A stretch of 64,000 nt of DNA from NCBI GenBank assembly GCA_035940775.1, contig DASZEN010000028.1, positions 12,869 to 76,868 on the forward strand, read 5' to 3'. The stretch comes from Pyrinomonadaceae bacterium (lineage in GTDB: Bacteria; Acidobacteriota; Blastocatellia; Pyrinomonadales; Pyrinomonadaceae). Below, in pieces: positions 9,241-18,164 of this stretch; position 1 is the stretch's first letter; every line of letters starts with the position of its first letter. The notes beneath the pieces were generated by a model. It had not been told where the DNA came from. It was given only the letters and a program-made list of their open reading frames with translations, and made no database searches. The position numbers and the translations under genes were made by a program.

Positions 9241-10422
9241 TCAAACGCGCTCGACCAGCAGGGCCAGGCCCATCCCGCCGCTGACGCACAACGTTGCAAG
9301 TCCGCGCCGCGCCCTGCGCTTCTTCATCTCGTGCAGGAGCGTCACGCTGATGCGAACTCCGGTGCAGCCGATTGGATGGCCCAGGGCGATGGCCCCGCCG
9401 TTGACGTTCAAACGCTCGGCATCCAACCCGAGGTCGCGGTCGCAGGCGATGACCTGTGCCGCGAACGCCTCGTTGAGTTCCACCAGCTCTATATCGTCGA
9501 GCGTCAAGCGCTGCCGTTCGAGCAGCGCCCGCACGGCTGGCACGGGGCCAATGCCCATGATCTCAGGGGCGACGCCCGCGATCTCGTAATCGACGATGCG
9601 CGCCTCGGCTTCAGCGCCGGATTCCTTCAACGTCTCCTCGCTCATCAGCACGAGCGCCGCCGCTCCGTCCGTGATGCCGGAAGAATTACCCGCCGTCACC
9701 GTGCCGTCCCTGTTAAAGACGGGCGCGAGTTTGCCGAGCGCTTCGATTGTCGCCCCGGCCCTGTAGTGCTCATCGCGCGCAAATGTGACGGCCTCGCCTT
9801 TGCGGCCTTTGACCTCAAGCGGCAAAATCTCTGCATCGAAGCGACCGCCCTCGATGGCAGCTTCGGCGCGCTGCTGCGACCTCAATGCATACTCGTCCTG
9901 TTCGCGTCGCGAGACTTCATAGCGACGCGCCAGATTCTCAGCCGTCTCGCCCATCACCAGACCCGAGAGCGGATCGTTGAATCCGTCGCGGTACATACCG
10001 TCGACCAGTTCCATATTGCCGAGTCGAGCGCCCCAGCGCGCGCCCTCGGCATAATAGGGGACGCGCGACATGCTCTCGGAGCCGCCCGCGAGCACGGCCC
10101 GCGCACGCCCGAGCATGATCTCCTGCGCGCCCAGGATAATCGCCTTCAGTCCAGAGCCGCACGCCTGATTGACGGTGAAGGCGGGCACAGTTTCGGGCAC
10201 GCCCGCGCGATACGTAATCTGGCGGGCGACGTTCGGGCCGCCTCCGGCCTGACGTGCCGAACCCCAGATGGATTCCTGAATCTGTAAGGGTGAAATACGC
10301 GCCCGACGCAAGCTTTCCCGGGCCACCGCCGCGCCCATATCGGCCGCCGACCACCCGGCGAGCGTTCCGCCGAAACGTCCTATGGGCGTGCGCACGGAAC
10401 CCGTTAGATAGACATTCTTCAT
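9241..10422 (-). CDS. acetyl-CoA C-acetyltransferase (thiolase II)
   Basis: Thiolase motifs are present: VNQACGSGLKA (active Cys), NVNGGAIALGHPIGCTG and CVSGGMG. Start placed at MKNVYLTGSVRTPIGRFGG (10422). Confidence 0.9.
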   Translation of the reverse strand: MKNVYLTGSVRTPIGRFGGTLAGWSAADMGAAVARESLRRARISPLQIQESIWGSARQAGGGPNVARQITYRAGVPETVPAFTVNQACGSGLKAIILGAQEIMLGRARAVLAGGSESMSRVPYYAEGARWGARLGNMELVDGMYRDGFNDPLSGLVMGETAENLARRYEVSRREQDEYALRSQQRAEAAIEGGRFDAEILPLEVKGRKGEAVTFARDEHYRAGATIEALGKLAPVFNRDGTVTAGNSSGITDGAAALVLMSEETLKESGAEAEARIVDYEIAGVAPEIMGIGPVPAVRALLERQRLTLDDIELVELNEAFAAQVIACDRDLGLDAERLNVNGGAIALGHPIGCTGVRISVTLLHEMKKRRARRGLATLCVSGGMGLALLVERV

Positions 10423-10657
10423 TGCCACGCTGTCCTTAAATGGGAAATACTTATGGTGTCCGAATGACGTGTGATTGATGTAAGATGTTAACACATAGAA
10501 AAGCAGGGATGAAGGCGCAAGGATGAATTATAAAAGAGCAGCCGCGAATGCTTTGAATGCCGGATGCCGAATATTAGTCAGAGAGCCCGACACGCGCAGC
10601 TAAGATTCAGCGGCCGTCTTTTCATTCTCCGCCCTTACTTTTACGCCACCTCACCGG

Positions 10658-12211
10658 ATGCTCGAACGCCTCACCGACAGGGACGAAATAGCAGACGCCG
10701 CGCGGCGCATCGATGAATTGATCGCGGCGCACGGCGAGTGGGTCTACGCTCAAGCGTCAGCGGGCGGCGCTACGACGGCGCTGCGACGAAATGAGATAGA
10801 CATTCACGTCTCGCAGAATCGCCTGATCTTCTCCTGCTGGACTGAGAAGGGCGTGCGCACGTGGCGCGTCAGGGCATGGGAATGGACGGGCGAGAAGCTC
10901 CTGATGGACGCGACGCGCCGCGCCGGGGCGGAGCGCTCCCGGCTCGTGCTCGTGCCGCGTCTCTCGACCGAAACAGCAAATATAATCATCAGCGCCGCGC
11001 GTCGTGAACGCGCGCAACATCTGGCGCGTCTCGCCTCGGGCGTGATTGCCGGAGCCGCGACGGTCGAGCGGACGGCGCTCAGCGCGGGTGCTCGGCGCGG
11101 CCTGCCCGGACGATACGCACGCATACTGCTTCGCCTGCCGCAAGAGCGCATCGCCGTCACAGGAGTAGTCGCCCCCTTTCAAGCATACGATGTCGACGCT
11201 TTTCTATCCTCCACACTCATCTGGTTTACGCGCGCCCGTGAGCGAGCGCGCTTACCCCCCATACGCAAACTCTGGCTCATCGCCGACCATCGTCACACGG
11301 CTGCGATAGCCGCGCGCCTCGCGCTCCTCAATGAAGACTTGCGGCGGTCTATCTCTCTGTTTGTGATTGATGATGAATGGCGCGAGCTAAGTCGAGCGTC
11401 CCCCTTAGAGCAGGAGGAGCTATGGACGGCACGGCCCGCGCGTCTGCTTCGGCCCTCAAAAATCGAGCCGGGCGAATGGGCCGCACGAATCGTAGCCCTC
11501 GCGCCCGGTGCGATTGACGTGGTGAGCGCGCGCCGTGGCGAGACGCTGCGCTATCACGGACTCGCTTTCGCGCGTGTGCGGCGTGTGATGAGCGTCGAGC
11601 GCGTGTGGTTCGGCGTCGCGGGCGCGCCGCGCCGTTTGCTGGACGAGAGCACGGCCGAAGACCTGGACAAACTCTTACGCCAGTTGATAGAGCACCGTCG
11701 CGCCGATGCTGTTGATCGCCGCCACGCGCTCTACAGGCTTGCGCCCGAAGCCTGGCTCGAATCCATGCTCAGGCGCGACATCACGCACCTCGACCCAGGG
11801 CTTATCCTCTCGCCTCTCTACGCGCAGTTTCGCGCCGCGCAGGAGGAGGTAGCCCGGGGCGCTGCGGCGGCGCGTCCCATCGACCTGCTGGCGCTCAGGC
11901 GCGACGGTCGTCTCGTCGTCATCGAGCTGAAGGTTTCCGAAGATCGCGAGCACGTCTTGCAGGCGGCAGACTACTGGCGGCGCGTCGAGGCGCACAGGCG
12001 TTGTGGCAACCTGCGGCGCGCGCGTCTATTCGGTGACGCTCCCATCGCAGATGAATCCCCGCTCGTCTACCTGGTCGCGCCGACGCTCCGTTTTCATCGC
12101 TCCTTCGCCACGTTGGCCCGCGCCATCGACCCAAGAATCGAAACCTATCGCTTCGACCTCAACGAGGACTGGCGCGCTGGCATCCGCGTCATGCGACGCG
12201 TTGTGACTTAA
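10658..12211 (+). CDS. hypothetical protein with C-terminal PD-(D/E)xK (RecB/Cas4/NucS-like) nuclease motif
   Basis: 517-aa ORF. The C-terminal block reads PIDLLALRRDGRLVVIELKVSEDREHVLQAADYW, giving D409, E423-x-K425 and Q435xxxY439. The roughly 400-aa N-terminal part matches no family I recognise and has no Walker motif. Confidence 0.6.
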   Translation: MLERLTDRDEIADAARRIDELIAAHGEWVYAQASAGGATTALRRNEIDIHVSQNRLIFSCWTEKGVRTWRVRAWEWTGEKLLMDATRRAGAERSRLVLVPRLSTETANIIISAARRERAQHLARLASGVIAGAATVERTALSAGARRGLPGRYARILLRLPQERIAVTGVVAPFQAYDVDAFLSSTLIWFTRARERARLPPIRKLWLIADHRHTAAIAARLALLNEDLRRSISLFVIDDEWRELSRASPLEQEELWTARPARLLRPSKIEPGEWAARIVALAPGAIDVVSARRGETLRYHGLAFARVRRVMSVERVWFGVAGAPRRLLDESTAEDLDKLLRQLIEHRRADAVDRRHALYRLAPEAWLESMLRRDITHLDPGLILSPLYAQFRAAQEEVARGAAAARPIDLLALRRDGRLVVIELKVSEDREHVLQAADYWRRVEAHRRCGNLRRARLFGDAPIADESPLVYLVAPTLRFHRSFATLARAIDPRIETYRFDLNEDWRAGIRVMRRVVT

Positions 12212-12219
12212 CACGTTAA

Positions 12220-12928
12220 GCGGCAATTTCGTGCGTCGCAGAAGAGGCCAGTTCAGCTCATCCTGGCGGCAATTGGCTCAATAACGAGCACTGGCGGGCG
12301 CGCGCGTGGCTTCGCGACCGGAACGATAAAACTGCCGGTAATAGTGAGCCGCCAGGCACAAGCTCCGACTCCATTTGTGTCAAATACTACACAGACTTGA
12401 ATGATTATTTGAAAGATACAGATACAGGTCTCGTCAGTTGTATCTCAAAATCGCAGGAAGGAAATATGGTTTACAGGCATGGCCTTCCATATAACTTTAT
12501 CTGAGGGCGACACCGGAAAATTATTATTGAAAAAGCTGGCAGATGGGGTTAGCATTAAGGTCTTCATTTACGACCCGCCAGCCTCAACGTACCGCTGGTG
12601 GCGCAACAGTGGGGCAGAGAAGACGCAAATCATCTGCTCAGAGTGATTGCCGCGACCGGCATTAATATCTAACCGAGCTTTACGCGACCTCTAAAAGTAA
12701 AAACCTTAAGAAGTATGTGGGAATCGAATTGGATGGAGAAATTCCTCAATCATGTCTCTACATTTTTGATCGCCATGACCCCGGTAGAGTTATACCAATT
12801 TTATTCCTCACGCGGGTCAAAACAGATCCACCGAACTGACCGGATATCTTTTCCGCAACGACGAATGTCGCGACGCTATTATTAATTTATGGGATGGCCG
12901 CGAAGAGGTGGGCGTCAATTACGTTTGA
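12220..12928 (+). pseudogene. multi-frameshifted gene relic (resembles the C-terminal PLD-like domain of XRE-family regulators, DUF5919-type, from memory)
   Basis: No ORF of 60 aa or more exists here, but protein-like segments line up consecutively in three frames. They are ...ICVKYYTDLNDYLKDTDTGLVSCISKSQEG.. / MAFHITLSEGDTGKLLLKKLADGVSIKVFIYDPPAST.. / KKYVGIELDGEIPQSCLYIFDRH.. / IPHAGQNRSTELTGYLFRNDECRDAIINLWDGREEVGVNYV*. At least three frame changes or stops separate them. Confidence 0.4.
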
Positions 12929-13163
12929 AGCATGGAAGGATAAACCGGAGAGCAGGGAATGGCTGGCAGGCGGAAACATTAAAACTCAATGAGCTGCGTG
13001 AAGATAGCGGTTAACATAGGCATTGCCTGTCAGTCCATTTTAGATGATTGCGTTTGAGCTTGCCTCTCTTTTACTCATCTGGTCTGTAACTGTTTCTCAG
13101 CAGTTCAACTCCGGCTCCCTCGCTGGTCGGCTTCTAACCATAACAAAACAGTGGAGGTGAGAT

Positions 13164-13688
13164 ATGAATTATATGGCACTGGGCTTTGTCGGGGCTGGCT
13201 TCTTTCTGTCACTTATCGCCTTTATCCTTAGGGGGTTGAAAGCCAGAATAGACTGGGGCCTTGATTGCAAGTACTATAGCCTGCTAGGTCTCTCCGTATT
13301 AGGAAGCGTTCTGGCTTTTATCGGGTTCCTGAAGTTCTCGCATGGGATTCCTGATAAGGTGGACTACACACAAACCCTTACTGTTATGGCTCTTCTAACG
13401 TCAGGGATAATTGCGGGCTACTTCAACTTTACTTTTGACCAGGCGGCCGATGACGAAAAGTTTTTCCCCTCCGCCCTCTCGATCTGCTTTATCCTACTGT
13501 TCCATCTGGTGTTCGCTGCCATCAGCTTTTACATAGGAAAGAGCGAGCGGATCCATGAGGTCGAAGGAGCGAACGTCATCGCTCCTCTAATCATGCTGAT
13601 CCTTCTGGTGGCAATTGCCGTGCGCGAATTCTGGGACTACCGGAAAGGCCCAGCGGCTGGCGGGTCAGCGGGCACGATCACCCAGTAG
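13164..13688 (+). CDS. hypothetical 5-TM membrane protein (island gene)
   Basis: 174-aa ORF with a strong SD TGGAGGTGA 4 nt upstream of the ATG. Five hydrophobic helices are visible. It is AT-richer than the surrounding genes. No family recognised. Confidence 0.7.
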   Translation: MNYMALGFVGAGFFLSLIAFILRGLKARIDWGLDCKYYSLLGLSVLGSVLAFIGFLKFSHGIPDKVDYTQTLTVMALLTSGIIAGYFNFTFDQAADDEKFFPSALSICFILLFHLVFAAISFYIGKSERIHEVEGANVIAPLIMLILLVAIAVREFWDYRKGPAAGGSAGTITQ

Positions 13689-13883
13689 CGCCTCTTTCAT
13701 CTTTTGCCTGCTCCCATCAATCGTGCGTCACGCGGGCGGTTACTTCAATTGGAGCTATAGACTTCAAGCGGGTGAAAGCAGTTTTTAGTAGGCCCTCGTA
13801 CGCGCCGAGCCTGCTCCTCATCAACCCATCGCGACCATCGGCCAGCGCCTGAGAGGCCGCCCTTACCTGGAGGTGACCACACA

Positions 13884-15884
13884 ATGCAGACGAAATTGCA
13901 CTTGCTGTCTATGCCCTGGGCTAACCCGGAGTTGCCCTCGATTCAAACCGCAGTCCTCAAGTCATATATAGACTCCGTGCTGGGCGCGCGGGTCGTGACT
14001 CGAACGTATTCTGCCTTTGCCAGCATCCTGCTCGAACAGAATCACGGCGGCTACGTGGACTACTACGACAAGTATCAGGCCTTTGAGGAATACCCGTACT
14101 TCCTCATGTACTACAGACGTTTCCTGCCAGCCGACCGGCGACTGAGCCGCATCTCTGCCGAGAGACTGATAGAGAAGATCAATGACCGCGATACTGACTC
14201 GCCGCTCAGCTTGCGAAGAATCGCGCGCCTGGAAAACCGTACGCAACGTTACATAAGGGAGACCATAGCCCCCCAGTTGTCCCGGCGTGGCCTCAATGTT
14301 ATGGGCTTTACCCTCAACTACTATCAGCTCTATGCCTCGCTTTACTGTGCGCGATATTTGCAGGAGCGCTTCCCGGACTACAGGTACCTGTTTATCTTCG
14401 GCGGGGCGACCGTTATTTATCCGAAGGTGGCCGAGGTCTTGAAAGTTCTGGGAACCGAGGGCCTCTGCGTCATCGGCGAGGGCGAACATAAGCTGGAGCT
14501 TATTCTCAGAGAGATTCTGGCGACGCCTCCCGACAACTCGAATTTGATGGAGCGTCTGTCGTCGCTGCACGAAGGCATTTATGAGATACAACGCCGCACC
14601 ATCAACCTGTATGAGCCGACCCCGGCTGCGCTGCTCGACATGCAGATGCCTATGGAGAAGCTGCCGCTGCCGGATTTCGACGAGTACTATGCATCGCTGC
14701 GCGAGGTCTTTCCTGATAGCAGGCTGCACGCGAAATACAAGTCCGAGACGTGGCTCGCGCTTGAGGGGACGCGCGGCTGCTTCGCCCATTGCGATTTCTG
14801 CGACGTGCATACGAGCTGGTCTGGTTTCCGCAAGAGCACGCCGGAGCGAATCCTCGACAACGTGTCGGAGTTGACGCGCAAACATAAAAGCCCCAGGGTC
14901 AAGTTCATGGATAACGTATGCGATACGTGGGCGGAGAAGTACGCCGAACTTCTGATTGAACGCAAGTGTCGAATCACGTCCTTCATGGAATGCCGCGTGC
15001 ATCATCCGGAGGTCTTCTGGACGAAGCTCTCATTATCGGGCGTCGAACTCGTTCAGGTAGGCATAGAGGCGCTCTCCCCGACGCTGATACGTGCGATGAA
15101 TAAGGGTACGCGGGCCAAGCAGAACCTGCTCGTACAGAAGTGGCTCAAGGAACTGGGAATAGAATCTCTCTCGAATATCATCACCCACCACCCGAAATCG
15201 ACTCTCCGGCACGTCGAGGAGACGAAGCAGGTTATACGCCTGATACCGCACCTTGATCGCTTGTATTTCTCACCGCTGGCGCTACTCATCGGCAGCCCCC
15301 TGGACGAGCGCCTGCACCCGGAGGAAAAAAGGGAGTTGGAGGAGCGACAGCTTTTCGACTTGCCTAAGAGTTTAGACAAGTATTTCGTCCTCAAGGGCGA
15401 GTATGAGCCGCCCGACGATTGGTTCGACAGGGGAGTATCTGACGCCTGGGATAGGCTGGTCGAATGGGGCGAAGATTTTTTCCAGACCGCAGGCGAGGAG
15501 GCTTTTATGACCTCCACGCGTTACGGCCCCGAAGAGGTGATGATTAGCGACGGGCGCTACGGCAAGGTCGAGAAGTATTATCTGGCGGGCGACAGGGCAT
15601 GCATATACGACCTTTGCCATCAGGGGGCGACGATGGCGACGCTCAGCAGCCGCACGGAACTGCCGCCGACAACGATTGAAAGGAATCTGTCCTGGTTGAT
15701 GGATAGGCGATTGCTGGTGGAGTTGGACGGATTCTACATTGCGCTGGCGCTCAGACCGCGCGACGAACTAATACACAATTACGTCGAGCTGGCAACTCCG
15801 AAAAACTCGCCGCCGCCTAAAGTCATGGGGCTTTCGCTGCCGGTACATCAGGGCATGGAGACTGCGGGGGCCGGGCAACAGTAG
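13884..15884 (+). CDS. radical SAM enzyme with N-terminal B12-binding-like domain and C-terminal PqqD/RRE-like domain (RiPP-maturase-like)
   Basis: 666-aa ORF with the same SD TGGAGGTGA. The canonical cluster is LEGTRGCFAHCDFCDV, with C299-x3-C303-x2-C306. The N-terminus (LHLLSMPWANPELPSIQTAVLKSYI) and FRKSTPERILDNV...VKFMDNV resemble the bacteriocin/RiPP maturation rSAM family (TIGR03975-like, from memory). The C-terminal YYLAGDRACIYDLCHQGATMATLSSRTELPPTTIERNLSWLMDRRLLVELDG looks like a PqqD-type peptide-recognition element. Confidence 0.85.
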   Translation: MQTKLHLLSMPWANPELPSIQTAVLKSYIDSVLGARVVTRTYSAFASILLEQNHGGYVDYYDKYQAFEEYPYFLMYYRRFLPADRRLSRISAERLIEKINDRDTDSPLSLRRIARLENRTQRYIRETIAPQLSRRGLNVMGFTLNYYQLYASLYCARYLQERFPDYRYLFIFGGATVIYPKVAEVLKVLGTEGLCVIGEGEHKLELILREILATPPDNSNLMERLSSLHEGIYEIQRRTINLYEPTPAALLDMQMPMEKLPLPDFDEYYASLREVFPDSRLHAKYKSETWLALEGTRGCFAHCDFCDVHTSWSGFRKSTPERILDNVSELTRKHKSPRVKFMDNVCDTWAEKYAELLIERKCRITSFMECRVHHPEVFWTKLSLSGVELVQVGIEALSPTLIRAMNKGTRAKQNLLVQKWLKELGIESLSNIITHHPKSTLRHVEETKQVIRLIPHLDRLYFSPLALLIGSPLDERLHPEEKRELEERQLFDLPKSLDKYFVLKGEYEPPDDWFDRGVSDAWDRLVEWGEDFFQTAGEEAFMTSTRYGPEEVMISDGRYGKVEKYYLAGDRACIYDLCHQGATMATLSSRTELPPTTIERNLSWLMDRRLLVELDGFYIALALRPRDELIHNYVELATPKNSPPPKVMGLSLPVHQGMETAGAGQQ

Positions 15885-16104
15885 CTTGTCTCTCTTCGGT
15901 CATCTCACGGACGCAACCTACATCAGATCGCTTTGAGGATGAGCATTGATCCCTGCCCGCAAACTGTTTTCCTGAAGCGGAACAGGAAGGTGAACATCAC
16001 GCGCGATGCGGAGAGGGACGGGCGTGCGTGCCTGGAGGGCTCGGCTGCCAGAGTTTTATCGAGGCGGGTTTGGAGGGCTCTCTCTCGGATTGCTGTGAAG
16101 TGTT

Positions 16105-16686
16105 TTAGCGCCAGTCGGGGGGCTCTGCCGGGGGCACGTAGGCGGTCTCCAGGTCGTTCGAGGATAGCTCCTTGAACCGGCGCGAGACGGAGGCGGGGCC
16201 GAGCTTGCGGCGCAGCAGGCTACGGAAATTCGTCTCCTGATCGACGGCTGTAAAGGCGCGCTTCGGTATCACGGAGATCATGCCTTTGCCGTACACCAGC
16301 ACATAGAAACTCTCGTTTTCGAGCACCCTGTTGTAGAGGCTCCAGTTGAGGCGGGAGTCAAGCTGATCGGTCTTGAAATGGATTCCTTCTTCCGTGAACT
16401 CAAGGGAATATTCGTCCCGATACTTGGGATCGCTGCGGAATCGCTGGCGCGGAAAGATGAAGAAGAGCGCCAGCACGAAGGTAAAGAGAACCAGGCCCAT
16501 GCTCAACAGGAAGAGCGACATGACGACCTCGTTGATCGCGGCGAAGAGGACGAAGGCCAGCGCGAGAAGCATAAAAGCCACGCCGAAGCGGAGCAGCAGA
16601 CCGGGTTGACCTGTGATGTAGAGACGCGTCGCCGCGACCCATTCCTTCTCGGTATATTTGAAACGAAGGCGGACTGTTTCATCCAT
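16105..16686 (-). CDS. YcxB-like membrane protein
   Basis: ORF 16105..16713. Start placed at MDETV (16686), which has GGAGGG 8 nt upstream. Two adjacent TM helices are followed by a soluble domain ending ...VIPKRAFT, the YcxB-family pattern. It lies 4-30 nt downstream of the pilT stop and is probably co-transcribed. Confidence 0.6.
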   Translation of the reverse strand: MDETVRLRFKYTEKEWVAATRLYITGQPGLLLRFGVAFMLLALAFVLFAAINEVVMSLFLLSMGLVLFTFVLALFFIFPRQRFRSDPKYRDEYSLEFTEEGIHFKTDQLDSRLNWSLYNRVLENESFYVLVYGKGMISVIPKRAFTAVDQETNFRSLLRRKLGPASVSRRFKELSSNDLETAYVPPAEPPDWR

Positions 16687-16717
16687 CCCTTTTGCCCTCC
16701 ATCGAAAAAGCATTCGC

Positions 16718-17851
16718 TCAGGTATTGCTGACGCTGACGATGCGGTCGCGCTCCTGTGTGGTTTGTTCCATGCTCGATAGAATGCCGCTGATGCGCATCC
16801 TGAACTCGTCCGCGTTGGTCGCGTTCCTGAGCGCCTCTTCGAGCGAGATCAGCCCCGACTGGTATAGGTGAAAGAGCGATTGATCGAAGGTCTGCATGCC
16901 GTACTGAGTATTACCGACAGCGATGGCCTCGCGTATCTGCGAGGTCTTCTCCTCATTGATGATGCAATCGCGTATCAGGCCGGTCGAGACCAGAATCTCG
17001 ATGGCGGGCACACGACCCGCACCGCGCGCGGCGCGTACCAGTCGCATCGAGACGACGGCCTTGAGAATACCCGCGAGCTGTAGGCGCACCGATTTCTGCT
17101 GGTGCGCCGGAACCGAAGAGACGATGCGCGTGATCGTCTCCGTCGCGTCCAGCGTATGGAGTGTCGAGAGAACGAGGTGGCCCGTCTCGGCTGCCGCCAG
17201 CGCCGTCTCAATCGTCTCGTAATCGCGCATCTCGCCGACGAGGATAACGTCAGGATCTTGACGGAGCGCGCCGCGCAGCGCTTCGGCGAACGAGCGCGTA
17301 TCGACATCGACTTCGCGTTGCGAGATGAAGGATCGCTTGTCGCGGTGCAGGAACTCGATGGGGTCTTCGATGGTCACGATGTGGCCGCTGCGTGTGGCGT
17401 TGATGCGGTCGATCATGGCGGCGAGCGTGGTCGATTTGCCGGAGCCCGTCGCTCCCGTAACCAGTATCAGCCCGCGCCGCTCGTCTGTGATCCGTTCGAT
17501 GACGGGCGGCAGGCCCAGCTCGCTGCTCGTGCGTACCTGGTCGGGGATTACTCTGAGGACTATGGAGACCGTCCCGCGCTGCTGAAAGACGTTGGCGCGA
17601 AAACGGCCGACGCCCGGAATCCCGTAGGCGATGTCGGCTTCGTTGACCTCCTTGAAGCGCTGTTTCTGTCGGTTCGACATCATCGAGAAAGCCATGTCGA
17701 GCGTGTCTTCCTGTGTGAGCCGCACCGAATCGACGACGGGGCGAAGCTCGCCGCCCAGGCGCATGAAGGGGAATGAACCGGCTTTGATATGGAGGTCGGA
17801 AGCGCCGTGGGCGGCGACGTTTCTCAACAGATCGTCAATCTTGACTGGCAT
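16718..17851 (-). CDS. pilT: type IV pilus twitching-motility ATPase PilT
   Basis: 377 aa. Motifs: N-terminal ASDLHIKAGSFPFMRLGGEL, Walker A GATGSGKST, Walker B ILVGEMRD and TGHLVLSTLHT. Confidence 0.9.
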   Translation of the reverse strand: MPVKIDDLLRNVAAHGASDLHIKAGSFPFMRLGGELRPVVDSVRLTQEDTLDMAFSMMSNRQKQRFKEVNEADIAYGIPGVGRFRANVFQQRGTVSIVLRVIPDQVRTSSELGLPPVIERITDERRGLILVTGATGSGKSTTLAAMIDRINATRSGHIVTIEDPIEFLHRDKRSFISQREVDVDTRSFAEALRGALRQDPDVILVGEMRDYETIETALAAAETGHLVLSTLHTLDATETITRIVSSVPAHQQKSVRLQLAGILKAVVSMRLVRAARGAGRVPAIEILVSTGLIRDCIINEEKTSQIREAIAVGNTQYGMQTFDQSLFHLYQSGLISLEEALRNATNADEFRMRISGILSSMEQTTQERDRIVSVSNT

Positions 17852-18112
17852 GTGTAGCTTAAAGACCTTTCCGCGAGAGATTCGGGAAAAAGAGAACGGA
17901 CGAGGAGGGGCGCTTCAGTTTCGGGATTGGAGAATGCTTGCGGCGCTTCTGACGGGGAAGGCGCAAGGGGCGTGGCCGAACTTTGCGGGGCCCTTCAAGG
18001 GCGGCGCGCCACCGGAAGATTAAAGCCCGGAGACGCTCAAAAAGCATCATAGCCTGCGCGCTCCGTTGCGTCAACGATTTATCCGGAAAGCTTCGAAGGG
18101 CAAAGAATCTGA

Positions 18113-18150
18113 TAAAAGAATAGGGAGGAAGAGTTGATCTTCCTCCCTAT
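18113..18150 (-). terminator. intrinsic terminator of ilvE
   Basis: Perfect 13-bp stem ATAGGGAGGAAGA / TCTTCCTCCCTAT with a 5-nt loop. On the minus strand it is followed by TTCTTTTAT. Confidence 0.7.
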
Positions 18151-18164
18151 GCCTTTCCCTTCAC

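Noticed and set aside
12989-13057. 22-codon ORF MSCVKIAVNIGIACQSILDDCV (three Cys) upstream of the island genes, considered as a RiPP precursor
   Set aside because: It has no SD and is too short for a leader plus core. It lies in the decayed region between the pseudogene and the membrane-protein gene, so it is probably a chance ORF. It is worth re-examining only if homologous loci conserve it.
15933-16175. 80-aa ORF downstream of the radical SAM gene
   Set aside because: It overlaps the 3' end of the convergent ycxB-like gene and has Arg/Ala-rich composition, no SD and no motifs.
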